A stretch of 34,407 nucleotides of DNA, from the IMG/VR virus record IMGVR_UViG_3300011339_000348, positions 1-34,407 of that record; one strand, written 5' to 3'. Below, in pieces: positions 9,233 to 18,288 of the stretch (the stretch's first letter is position 1; the number at the start of each line of letters is the position of its first letter). The position numbers were made by a program, and so were the translations under genes. The DNA is from a virus (lineage: Duplodnaviria; Caudoviricetes). The notes under the pieces are model-generated. The model made no database searches and was not told the DNA's origin. It was given only the letters and a program-made list of their open reading frames with translations.

Positions 9233-9357
9233 TAAATACACTTGTACATATTGACATTTGTATAACACTCCAGTTAGAAACCCCTGATTAGCGTCAGGGC
9301 GTTTCGTCTAAACGCTAATAGATTAAGACTGTAGTACAACATTTAACTGGAACTGAA
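9233..9357 (+). promoter_or_regulatory. TAAATA motif followed by a structured 5' leader
   Basis: gacTAAATA at 9233-9238. Stem 9269-9276/9344-9351 encloses two hairpins with complementary loops. Confidence 0.55.
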
Positions 9358-9663
9358 ATGTATTCAATAGAAGAACTTACCGCACTCAGTGCTGCCACTG
9401 AAACAGAAAACTACGAAAAGAACTATGACTTCTGGTATGTCATAGACCACTTACCCATAGAGGATCTCATTCTCTGGGCAGAACGACTAACAAAAACAAA
9501 ATATCTAAGTAATCACAATGGTGAATATTGGCTAGACCTTATTGATTTAATCAGTATCGCTAAACAACCTATGACTATGATACTCACAAACAAACAAAAA
9601 CGCTATATGTGTATGTTAGTGATTAGTTGCTGGAATGATTTGGAGTGTGATTATGTGTTATGA
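9358..9663 (+). CDS. Hypothetical protein
   Basis: 101 aa ORF overlapping the start of the polymerase-like gene. Confidence 0.65.
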   Translation: MYSIEELTALSAATETENYEKNYDFWYVIDHLPIEDLILWAERLTKTKYLSNHNGEYWLDLIDLISIAKQPMTMILTNKQKRYMCMLVISCWNDLECDYVL

Positions 9664-10753
9664 ACCAAACTACAATGATCCTCGTGTAAGAAAACGCATT
9701 CGTAAAGCACTTGGATTCGTCGGGTCTTGTTTAAGTGAAACAGAACCACACGCCTGGTCAACTCGCTACATAGATAAGCACTTAGGTCATCAAAAAGAAA
9801 ATCTCAGTAAATATCTGAGGTTTAATCTATTATCTTGTGTAAGTGACAGATACAGCAAAGACACAGGTGTATGTAAGAAATACATCAAAAATAAAACGGG
9901 TTATGATTTGGTCAATAATCTACTGAATAACATAACTCAATACCCTAGTGTGTCGGAAGTCGGACTAATACAAGATTGGGTCAAAACAGAATACAAGAAC
10001 GAACTATCTACATTAGATTTCACCTATGATGATAAGTCACATAGATTGTGGCACCCATTACAGCGTGTAAAAAAGCAATATAAAAAAGAAGTTTTTACTG
10101 AAGTGGGTCTCAAATATCAATACGATATAGAATGTTGTGCTCCTACTCTTATACATCAGTTTAGTCAAAAGATACCCGAAATACTACAAGATAACAAATA
10201 CATACAAGGCCCTATGGATTTGTATCTATTCGCACTTAGAAGTTATCTTAAAGACCGTAAATCAATAAGAACTATGTTAGCAACTGAAGCCGAGATACCT
10301 GAGGGTCATATCAAAGTAATCATCAACGCATTACTTGCGGGTGCTCATTTAACTAATAACAAAGATAGCGATATCTATAAACTACTTGGTGGAGATAAGG
10401 CACGCATAGAATATCTTAAACAACACCCATATCTATTAGAACTACGTAGTGATATCAAGACCTGCTGGGATTACATCAAACAAGTATTACCTCGCAGGAG
10501 TGTCGTCAATAAGAACAATAAAACTCAAATGCTACCCATATCAAGTAAGCAAAAAGCAAATACATATTTTCAGTTAGAACGACTTGTATTAGAACAAGTA
10601 GTTGATTTTATGAAGCAATCAGGTGATATACAATATTTTCTGGAACACGACGGGTGGGTATGTAATAAACAACTCAATGAAGAACTACTGATTAAATGGA
10701 TAAAAGATAAAACGGGTTATGATATTCAACTGGATATGGTTGTTCTTGTATAA
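9653..10753 (+). CDS. Minimal family-A-polymerase-like protein (putative replication protein)
   Basis: Start re-called at ATG 9653 (SD ggag at 9642). Ordered motifs RLWHPLQ, YDIECCAP (A-like), KVIINALLAG (B-like), FQLE and LEHDGW (C-like). No exonuclease domains. Confidence 0.55.
   Translation: MCYEPNYNDPRVRKRIRKALGFVGSCLSETEPHAWSTRYIDKHLGHQKENLSKYLRFNLLSCVSDRYSKDTGVCKKYIKNKTGYDLVNNLLNNITQYPSVSEVGLIQDWVKTEYKNELSTLDFTYDDKSHRLWHPLQRVKKQYKKEVFTEVGLKYQYDIECCAPTLIHQFSQKIPEILQDNKYIQGPMDLYLFALRSYLKDRKSIRTMLATEAEIPEGHIKVIINALLAGAHLTNNKDSDIYKLLGGDKARIEYLKQHPYLLELRSDIKTCWDYIKQVLPRRSVVNKNNKTQMLPISSKQKANTYFQLERLVLEQVVDFMKQSGDIQYFLEHDGWVCNKQLNEELLIKWIKDKTGYDIQLDMVVLV
9927..9965 (+). repeat. 39-bp direct repeat, copy 1
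   Basis: ataacataactcaataccctagtgtgtcggaagtcggac; 37/39 identical to 10750-10788. Confidence 0.92.
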
Positions 10754-10788
10754 CATAACCTAATACCCTAGTGTGTCGGAAGTCGGAC
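10750..10788 (+). repeat. 39-bp direct repeat, copy 2 (partial third copy at about 10809-10826)
   Basis: ataacataacctaataccctagtgtgtcggaagtcggac at the stop codon; ccctctaagtgtgtcgga follows. Confidence 0.92.
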
Positions 10789-10844
10789 CTTTCACTAAAA
10801 ACAATAGTCCCTCTAAGTGTGTCGGATCTTTATAAAGGAACATA

Positions 10845-11021
10845 ATGACAGAAGAACAAAGAGATATTATTAGAATGCTAAAATATGGCACGATTGACAT
10901 TGAAGAACTTCCTGAGGAAGAACTAACTGAAGAAGAAAAACAATGGATAGAGGAAGATGAAGATTATTCACTACAAGTAATGATGGATATGTTAGATATT
11001 GAGAATATATCGGATAACTAA
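10845..11021 (+). CDS. Small highly acidic protein (58 aa; not in ORF track)
   Basis: SD aaaggaa. MTEEQRDIIRMLKYGTIDIEELPEEELTEEEKQWIEEDEDYSLQVMMDMLDIENISDN has 21 D/E against 4 K/R. Confidence 0.75.
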   Translation: MTEEQRDIIRMLKYGTIDIEELPEEELTEEEKQWIEEDEDYSLQVMMDMLDIENISDN

Positions 11022-11029
11022 ATAGTGGT

Positions 11030-11257
11030 ATGAAACCCACTCCCATAACATTACATAAGAAAAATCTCTATCTGGTTGAAGATATGCCCAATATGTATCT
11101 TACCCATCAATATCAAAAGACAATAAAGTCTTGGACCTTCATTGGTTATCGTTGTTCAGCCTGTGGTCAATCATTAAAACAGGTTGGCAACATTGTAAAA
11201 CATAATGACTTGTGCCGTGTGTTAAACAAGAAAACAAAGACAGACGAGCCTATATAG
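11030..11257 (+). CDS. Small zinc-finger-like protein
   Basis: YRCSACG...KHNDLC. Preceded by TAAATA (11019-11024) 5 nt before the ATG. Confidence 0.65.
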   Translation: MKPTPITLHKKNLYLVEDMPNMYLTHQYQKTIKSWTFIGYRCSACGQSLKQVGNIVKHNDLCRVLNKKTKTDEPI

Positions 11258-11305
11258 ATTTTCTTTCAAAATTTAACCCTTCTGTTCTCTTATAATAGGA
11301 AACAC

Positions 11306-11311
11306 TAAATA
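11306..11311 (+). promoter_or_regulatory. TAAATA late-promoter-like motif
   Basis: gaaacacTAAATAc, the same extended context as at 17533-17546. Confidence 0.75.
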
Positions 11312-11337
11312 CACTATTACGTAAGAGAACAATAACA

Positions 11338-13530
11338 ATGGCTCAAATAAAAAACCCACTAGATGAAGTTCGCATACCATTTGCGAAGATGACCTACACA
11401 CCTGATGTTCCTTCAACGGCATTACAACCTAACGAATACAATGACGGTCAAAACGTTGAAACAGACGTTAGAGGCATTCGCAGTATGGCAGGTGACCAAG
11501 AGATCCTTGATGCATTACCCAATGGTAGTGGTGCTCCAACATTCATCACTGGAGGCTTTCGTGCTGATGGTAAGTTTTGGTTCGTTGTAGCAACACAAGC
11601 AGATCCTGATGATCCAGTAACTTATCCAGGACAATATCTCGCTTGGAACCCTACAACACAAGCTTGGGAAGATATCACCCCAGTAGGTGCTGATACTTCA
11701 GGATATAATCAAGCAACTAATATTACAGAAGCTTGGAACGGTAATGTATTGTTCTTAAACGATGAACATAATCCTCCATTCGTTTGGTTAGACACACCCA
11801 ATGCTATACTAACAATGTATAGCAACGTTGTTCCCATTGATGTATTTGACATTCAGCCTGATGGCATAAGCACAACAAGTAAGATTGTAACGTTTGATAA
11901 CGTGATTGACGTTACTGGATCCGATATCACTGGAACTACACTAACGATAGGAACATTAGGACCTAGCACACCGGCCATTACAGTAGGACAATATATAGGT
12001 GGTACAGGTATAGCAGCCAACACAAAGATTATTGCTAACATTTTGGGTAGTGGTAATGGTTCTACTTGGACAGTTGATATCAGTCAAACTACAGGAACGT
12101 TAGGCACAAGTTATATAACACCTTGGAATGGCGCGCCCTTCAACGTTAATGAATATATTGTTATCAGTAACGCTAGCCCACGCTATTACAATGGAACTTG
12201 GTTAGTCACAGCCTGCACCATATATGATGTTACAATTAACTGTGATGTAACAGACGCATACAGCAGTGGCGCAAGTATAGCACCGTTGTACGCTTGGAAC
12301 TACGATCCTAACTGGAGTGGAGTTTATGCTAAATTTATGCGTATGTATAACACACCCAACGTTGGGTCAATACTTGTAGCGGGTAATCTTACAGCAACTA
12401 ATACGGTAACAACTGACCAAGAATATTATCCAGTTACAGTGCAATGGAGTCAAGCGTTTGGATTGAATCAAGCACCAACAACGTGGCAACCAACTGTTAC
12501 TAACGTTGCTAACCAACTTGAAGTTCCACTGCGAGGTCCTGCATTAGATAGTTTTCCTTGCAATGGTCAGTTCTTTATTTGCAGTTATTGGGATACGATT
12601 GTATTAAGCCCTATCAACTACTCAACAACAAGTGCGCCAATATTGGGCGTTCGTCAGTTTAATCAAGGTAGAGGCTTACTCAGTTCAAATTGCTGGGCAA
12701 ACACAGACAAGTTAGTGTATGGTGTTGATGCCCGTGATATATGGGTCTTTGATGGACAAGACTTCCAAGGCTTGGGTAATCAAAGAGTTAAGAATTGGTT
12801 CTACGATAGATTAGATCCACGCTACTACGACCGTGTATTTATGGAAACAAACAGCCAGCGTAGTCAAATAGAGATTTACTACACTGACAGAGACAAAGTA
12901 GTTGATGATGGTGTACCAGATAAGATGATTAGTTACAGATACGACATTGATTGTTGGAATGCCCCAAGAGATATCAGCGATGCTACATTTAGTTGTGAAA
13001 GTCCCATATGGTCATACGATGATCCTGATTGGATTACTAACGATGGATCACGCACAGTTGTCTATGCTCGTGGCGTAGCAGAATCTAAAGTAGTGATGAA
13101 GGATCAAGGATTCAGTTTCATCAATGACGCACCCATACCAAGTCGCTTCCGTAGAGATAACATTAAGCTATTGAAAGATTACAGTGGCAAACTAATGGTT
13201 CATCGTATACTACCTGAAGTAGTCAATCTTGGCGCAGAACCTTTTACGGGTGATGACGAGCGTCCAATAGATCCTGCTACAAGTACGAACAAAGGTAACA
13301 TCACAGTAACGATTGAGGGTGCAAACAGCGTTGGTAGTAGCCCAACACAAAAGACTCCAGTTACAATACCTGTAGATGCTAATGGAGCAGCCGGAGCTAA
13401 TCCTTGGGCACAGATTGACCAGAATGCTTTCCGTGTCAATACATTAGAACTAAGCAATAGTTCAAACAATGATGTTTGGATGTGCAGTGCAACAACTTGG
13501 CAAGTCACACAGGTCGAGGATGACAGATAA
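11338..13530 (+). CDS. Tail nozzle / DNA stabilisation protein (P22 gp10-like)
   Basis: 730 aa, beta-rich. N-terminal PDVPSTALQPNEYNDGQNV, VQWSQ and DIWVFDG resemble podovirus nozzle proteins; located ahead of the ejection genes. Confidence 0.65.
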   Translation: MAQIKNPLDEVRIPFAKMTYTPDVPSTALQPNEYNDGQNVETDVRGIRSMAGDQEILDALPNGSGAPTFITGGFRADGKFWFVVATQADPDDPVTYPGQYLAWNPTTQAWEDITPVGADTSGYNQATNITEAWNGNVLFLNDEHNPPFVWLDTPNAILTMYSNVVPIDVFDIQPDGISTTSKIVTFDNVIDVTGSDITGTTLTIGTLGPSTPAITVGQYIGGTGIAANTKIIANILGSGNGSTWTVDISQTTGTLGTSYITPWNGAPFNVNEYIVISNASPRYYNGTWLVTACTIYDVTINCDVTDAYSSGASIAPLYAWNYDPNWSGVYAKFMRMYNTPNVGSILVAGNLTATNTVTTDQEYYPVTVQWSQAFGLNQAPTTWQPTVTNVANQLEVPLRGPALDSFPCNGQFFICSYWDTIVLSPINYSTTSAPILGVRQFNQGRGLLSSNCWANTDKLVYGVDARDIWVFDGQDFQGLGNQRVKNWFYDRLDPRYYDRVFMETNSQRSQIEIYYTDRDKVVDDGVPDKMISYRYDIDCWNAPRDISDATFSCESPIWSYDDPDWITNDGSRTVVYARGVAESKVVMKDQGFSFINDAPIPSRFRRDNIKLLKDYSGKLMVHRILPEVVNLGAEPFTGDDERPIDPATSTNKGNITVTIEGANSVGSSPTQKTPVTIPVDANGAAGANPWAQIDQNAFRVNTLELSNSSNNDVWMCSATTWQVTQVEDDR

Positions 13531-14414
13531 TGACAGCAAAATACCCAGTAGAAACTAGTGACCAAGAAGGCATTGTTGATGCAGTAAACTATTTGTTAAG
13601 TGGTCCTGCAGGCTTAGGTCAGAACTTTCAAGGCTTTAGTGCTTATCTTCCGGCATATGTTCGCCCAAGCACAAGACAGCCTTTTATGCTACCGTTAGAC
13701 ACTACACTGATACCCACGTGGGCGTTTAATTGGACAATTACAAACATAACACTAGTAGGATCTAATCCAACACAATACTTACAAATAGACTTTACACCGA
13801 GCGTTGTCTTAACTGACCCGCCCTTTGAATATGGTGATAGACTATTAGTAGCAGGTGTTAATCCAAGCTTCTATGATGACCGTTATACTGTATTAAGTTC
13901 AACAACTACGTCAGTGATTGTGTTTCCGTCAAAAGATTATACTTGGCCTGCATACGTAAGCGGTGGCACAGTTGGTAGAGATTGGTATGACGTTGCTACA
14001 TCTACTGATTGCAATGCACGTGTAACAGTATTGGGTCCAACAGACCAAGTGTTCGTTACAGCACAAATAATATTAGACATTGACTACACAGCCAGCACAG
14101 CAAGTGACTTTGATATTGTAGTGTCTATAGATAGACTTACCGGCTTTCCCACAAATAAAGCCGGAGACAACGATTATGTTTTTAGTAATCTTGTTACAGT
14201 AAGTGAAAGAACGTTTAACTATACGCCAAGTGTTAGTGGCAGTATTAACGATTTAGAAACTATATTCACAACCGTGCTTGATGGTCCCAATTTAGATTTT
14301 GGATACTACTGGTACATATTAGATATCAGTTTTAATGTCAATAGTGGTGATGTGTTGCCCGGCAATGTGATTGCAGGCTTACGCAGTTTAACAGCACAAG
14401 TTATCAAGCAGTAA
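13530..14414 (+). CDS. Putative tail/virion protein
   Basis: 294 aa, acidic and beta-rich; coupled to the nozzle gene (TAATG). Confidence 0.55.
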   Translation: MTAKYPVETSDQEGIVDAVNYLLSGPAGLGQNFQGFSAYLPAYVRPSTRQPFMLPLDTTLIPTWAFNWTITNITLVGSNPTQYLQIDFTPSVVLTDPPFEYGDRLLVAGVNPSFYDDRYTVLSSTTTSVIVFPSKDYTWPAYVSGGTVGRDWYDVATSTDCNARVTVLGPTDQVFVTAQIILDIDYTASTASDFDIVVSIDRLTGFPTNKAGDNDYVFSNLVTVSERTFNYTPSVSGSINDLETIFTTVLDGPNLDFGYYWYILDISFNVNSGDVLPGNVIAGLRSLTAQVIKQ

Positions 14415-14435
14415 ATATAAGAACAAGGTAAAACG

Positions 14436-17400
14436 ATGGCATACAATAATAAACCAATAAGTCCGCAACAACTCGCAATGATGGGTCGTGATGGCGACAC
14501 AATGTTAGCACACATCAACGAAACTGAAGCAGAGATGTTAAAAAGAATGGGTGGTCGTGGCACCATCAATCCTATGACAGGCTTGCCAGAGTTTGCGTTC
14601 AGTGACGATTGGTGGAATGTTAGCCAAGACTATGGTAGTGGTGATTTTTATGATAACGATACCGGTGGCGGCCTTGGTGGTATAGATACTGGTGGCGGTG
14701 GTACTGTTGATACCGGAGGTGGTGGTGTAGTTGATACCGGAGGTGGTGGTGTAGTTGATACCGGCCCTATCATACCAGATAATACACCAATAGACACCGG
14801 TCCTAGTCAAGCAGATATATTAGCACAACAGCAAGCAGATGCATTAGCGGCACAACAAGCAAATGATGCGGCAGCCGCGGCACAACAAGCATATTGGCAA
14901 CAACAAGCAGACGCACAACAAGCAGAATGGCAACGTTTAGCAGATGAACGTGATGCAGCCGCACGTGCCGCTAATGAAGCATTATGGGCACAGCAAGCAA
15001 GAGATGCCCAAATAGCCGCAGACGCTGCCGCAAGTGTTATACCCGGCAACTCAACATTGATACAAGATTATGTTGGTAACACTGTGGGCAGTATAAACAA
15101 TGGAACAAATACAAACAGTATTACAGTGATCCCGGGTAGTGGCAATACAAACACAACAGTAACAGGTGCAGTCACGCCGGGTGAGATTACAACAGGTAAC
15201 ATCACAGATACAACAGGATTAGATACAGGTCCTGTCATTCCTACTGATACGATAACAGGTGGAACTGGAACAACAGTTGTAGATACAACTGGTGGCACAA
15301 CTGGATCAGTATCACCAACTGATTTAGTCAATAACGATTTTACAGATGGTGCTAATAGTGGTTACACGCAAGCACAATTAAACACAGTGGCAGACTTTGC
15401 TAATAAGATAGACCAAATCAATAGTCAGCCAGGAGTTCAAGTAGCGTTCGCCCCATTAGTATTGTTAGCAGATATCGTAGCGCACGGTATTGCAATAGCG
15501 TTGGCAGCATTATGGAATCCAACAAGTGGCTTAACAGACGAGCAGGCAAAAAATGCCGCGATTGCTACGGTTAAGTTATTGAATGATCCTAACATTGATA
15601 GAGATGCTTTCAATAAGGCTACTGGACAAAGTGTGTCTGATGATATGTTTAATCAACTTAAAATAGGCGCCGCTGATCCTGCATTAGAACAAGAAGTTGC
15701 TACAATCGTTATCACTGGAAAGCGTGATACTAATATTGTATTAGATGATAAAACACCCGTAGTAATAGGTGGCACATACACACCGCCAGGTGGAACTAAT
15801 GTTCCTGATGGTGGAGGAGGCAATACAGGTGCTACTGGTGCAGTCGCCGGAGCAAGTAGTGCTGTAGGAGCAAGTAGTGCTGTAGGTGCAAGTAGTGCTG
15901 TAGGTGCAAGTAGTGCTGTAGGTGCAAGTAGTGCGGCATCAAGCGATGATAGCCCGGGTGCATCTTACGCTAGAAACAATCAAGGTATGGATGCATACTA
16001 CGAAGCCATTAGAGCATTTATGGCAACTAACCCAAGCGCAGCCGCACTCGCTGAAGCAATGGGAACATATGGTGTAAGTCAAAAAGATATTGATGCGGCA
16101 TTGAAACTAACTACAGGAGCGAGTGGAGCAACTACAGCCGCAACCGGAGCAACTGGTGCAGCCAGTGGTGCTACTGGAGCCGCAACAGGTGCAACAAGTG
16201 GAGCATCAGGTGTAGTAGGTGCTACAGGAACAGAAGGAGCAACAGGTCCTACAGTTGGAGCAACCGGTGGAGCGACAAGTGCCGCAAGTGGTGCAACTTC
16301 AGCCGCATCTGGTGCCACAGGAGCCGCGTCGGGAGCAAGTGCAGCCAGTGGTGCAAGTGCCGCAAGTGGATCAACAGGTGCAGCCAGCGGTGCGACAGGA
16401 ACAGTTGGTGCTTCGGGCACGGTTGGTGCTTCGGGCACGGTTGGCGCAAGTGGAACAGTAGGGGCATCAGGAACAGTAGGTGCAAGTGGCACAGTTGGTG
16501 CAAGTGGAACAGTAGGTGCATCAGGAACAGTAGGTGCAAGTGGAACAGTAGGTGCATCAGGAACCGTGGGAGCATCCGGAAGTAGTGGAGCAAGTGGAGC
16601 ATCCGGAAGTAGTGGAGCAAGTGGTTCATCAGGTAGTTCGGGAGCATCAGGTAGCAGTGGAGCAAGTGGTTCATCAGGTGCATCAGGTAGTTCGGGAGCA
16701 TCAGGTAGCAGTGGAGCAAGTGGTTCATCAGGAGCATCAGGATCTAGCGGTGCTTCGGGTAGTTCAGGTGCTAGTGGATCGTCAGGAGCGTCTGGCTCAA
16801 GTGGTGCATCTGGTGCATCAGGATCACGTGGAGCATCAGGATCTAGTGGCGCTTCGGGTAGTTCGGGAGCATCAGCCGCAACCGGAGCAAGTGCGGCAAC
16901 AGGTGCATCAGCCGCTACTGGAGCAAGCGCGGCAACAGGTGCAAGTGCCGCAACAGGTGCAACAACATATACGCCAACGAACTTAGGTTACTTGAATCCT
17001 GGATTCATTAGACCTACACCGTTCTATAATACTAATGCACCAGAACAAAGTAAGTTCTTCTGGGGACAACACGCATTTCAGCCAGGACCTGTCTTTAATC
17101 CTACATTGTATAATACACAACCAGAAGCACCTAACACACCATATGGCATACAACAAATGGCTCGCCCATTAACAATGCAAGAAATCAATGATATGATATT
17201 GGGCAAGACAAGTAAAGCACAAACTGTTGCACCCGCGACACGTGCTGTTCCAATTACTGATTATAACCGTAATGTTATGAATACTGACTACAGCAAAGTT
17301 GGACAACTACCAGTCATAGCACCAGTAGCGCCAAGTCAAGTAGCACCAACAACATCAGTGTCACCTGTCAATGCTGAAATCGCAAGACAGTTAGGTAGTA

Positions 17401-17510
17401 ACTGGTTCAACAAACAACAAGCGGCAGCGGCAGCAGGTGATTGGGAAACATACTACGCAATACAACGACAAGTTGATGCTATTGTGAATCCAGCACAGAA
17501 CATATTCTAA
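14436..17510 (+). CDS. Large low-complexity virion protein with Gly-X-Y tract
   Basis: 1024 aa. N-terminal GRDGDTMLAHI...GTINPMTGLPEF motif, then DTGGG, GASSAV, GASGTV, GASGSS and GASAAT repeats. TAAATA at 14412-14417. Confidence 0.75.
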   Translation: MAYNNKPISPQQLAMMGRDGDTMLAHINETEAEMLKRMGGRGTINPMTGLPEFAFSDDWWNVSQDYGSGDFYDNDTGGGLGGIDTGGGGTVDTGGGGVVDTGGGGVVDTGPIIPDNTPIDTGPSQADILAQQQADALAAQQANDAAAAAQQAYWQQQADAQQAEWQRLADERDAAARAANEALWAQQARDAQIAADAAASVIPGNSTLIQDYVGNTVGSINNGTNTNSITVIPGSGNTNTTVTGAVTPGEITTGNITDTTGLDTGPVIPTDTITGGTGTTVVDTTGGTTGSVSPTDLVNNDFTDGANSGYTQAQLNTVADFANKIDQINSQPGVQVAFAPLVLLADIVAHGIAIALAALWNPTSGLTDEQAKNAAIATVKLLNDPNIDRDAFNKATGQSVSDDMFNQLKIGAADPALEQEVATIVITGKRDTNIVLDDKTPVVIGGTYTPPGGTNVPDGGGGNTGATGAVAGASSAVGASSAVGASSAVGASSAVGASSAASSDDSPGASYARNNQGMDAYYEAIRAFMATNPSAAALAEAMGTYGVSQKDIDAALKLTTGASGATTAATGATGAASGATGAATGATSGASGVVGATGTEGATGPTVGATGGATSAASGATSAASGATGAASGASAASGASAASGSTGAASGATGTVGASGTVGASGTVGASGTVGASGTVGASGTVGASGTVGASGTVGASGTVGASGTVGASGSSGASGASGSSGASGSSGSSGASGSSGASGSSGASGSSGASGSSGASGSSGASGSSGASGSSGASGSSGASGSSGASGASGSRGASGSSGASGSSGASAATGASAATGASAATGASAATGASAATGATTYTPTNLGYLNPGFIRPTPFYNTNAPEQSKFFWGQHAFQPGPVFNPTLYNTQPEAPNTPYGIQQMARPLTMQEINDMILGKTSKAQTVAPATRAVPITDYNRNVMNTDYSKVGQLPVIAPVAPSQVAPTTSVSPVNAEIARQLGSNWFNKQQAAAAAGDWETYYAIQRQVDAIVNPAQNIF
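15849..16965 (+). repeat. Coding 18-bp (hexapeptide) tandem repeat arrays
   Basis: (GASSAV)n near 15849-15935; (GASGTV)n, (GASGSS)n and (GASAAT)n near 16390-16960, with synonymous variation between units. Confidence 0.9.
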
Positions 17511-17539
17511 CCGTAAGTTAGTCAATAGCGTAGAAACAC

Positions 17540-17545
17540 TAAATA
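17540..17545 (+). promoter_or_regulatory. TAAATA late-promoter-like motif
   Basis: gaaacacTAAATAcat upstream of SD aagga and ATG 17568. Confidence 0.75.
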
Positions 17546-17567
17546 CATATTATAAGGAAACATACAA

Positions 17568-18278
17568 ATGAGTTTCGGAAAATCAAGTTCAACAACAACT
17601 CCAACACTGACCGAAGAACAGAAGGCGCAGATTAAAGCGCAAACTGATTTCTTTACAGGCACGATAGCACCAACATACACAGGCGCAGTTAAAGGTGCTA
17701 CAGATGTTTATAATCAAAACGTAGGTGGTGTTGTAAATGCCGCACAAAACTTAGCTGGCACAGCAGGTCAAGCACAACAAGCATTAGGTGAGACAGGTGA
17801 AAGTGCATTACGCACTGGTATCACTGGCTTACAAAGTTTATTCAGTCCAGACTATGAGCGTAATCAAATCAGTTCAGCATTGGCTCCAGCACAAGCACAA
17901 TATCAACAAAACATTGCACAACAACAAGCACAATTTGGTGGTAGTGGTAACTTAGGTAGTGCTCGTCAAGCATTAGCAGGACAACAACTTGCAGGACAGA
18001 ACGCCGCATTACAAGCAAAGACTGCCGCAGATATACAAGCACAAATTGCAGGACAAAGAATGGGTGTAGGATCTACATTAGCAGGATTAGGTCAAGGTGG
18101 ATTAGGTCAAGCATTAGGTGCAGCCGGACAACAAGTCACAGCCGCTATGACTCCACAACAACTATACAATCAATACGCTTCAGTTATCTTTGGCACACCT
18201 GCGTCAAGTTACACTAGTAACTTTGCTGGCACACAAGGCTCTAGTAAAACAGGTCTTGACTTTGGCGCAAAGATTTAA
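17568..18278 (+). CDS. Putative DNA ejection/pilot protein
   Basis: 236 aa, Q/A/G-rich and helical. MSFGKSSSTTT start and GSARQALA resemble podovirus internal virion proteins. Confidence 0.6.
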   Translation: MSFGKSSSTTTPTLTEEQKAQIKAQTDFFTGTIAPTYTGAVKGATDVYNQNVGGVVNAAQNLAGTAGQAQQALGETGESALRTGITGLQSLFSPDYERNQISSALAPAQAQYQQNIAQQQAQFGGSGNLGSARQALAGQQLAGQNAALQAKTAADIQAQIAGQRMGVGSTLAGLGQGGLGQALGAAGQQVTAAMTPQQLYNQYASVIFGTPASSYTSNFAGTQGSSKTGLDFGAKI

Positions 18279-18288
18279 GGAATAAACA

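Noticed and set aside
9251-9266. TTGACA/TATAAC as a second sigma70 promoter
   Set aside because: The boxes are only 4 nt apart and there is no -10 at 17-bp spacing.
9269-9351. Hammerhead ribozyme
   Set aside because: Contains GAAA and CTGA but not the CUGANGA core in the required topology.
15849-15935. CRISPR-like array
   Set aside because: Contiguous in-frame 18-bp coding repeats without spacers.
16079-16986. Alternative-frame and antisense ORFs over the GASG tract
   Set aside because: Shadow frames of a stop-poor tandem repeat with no independent start signals.
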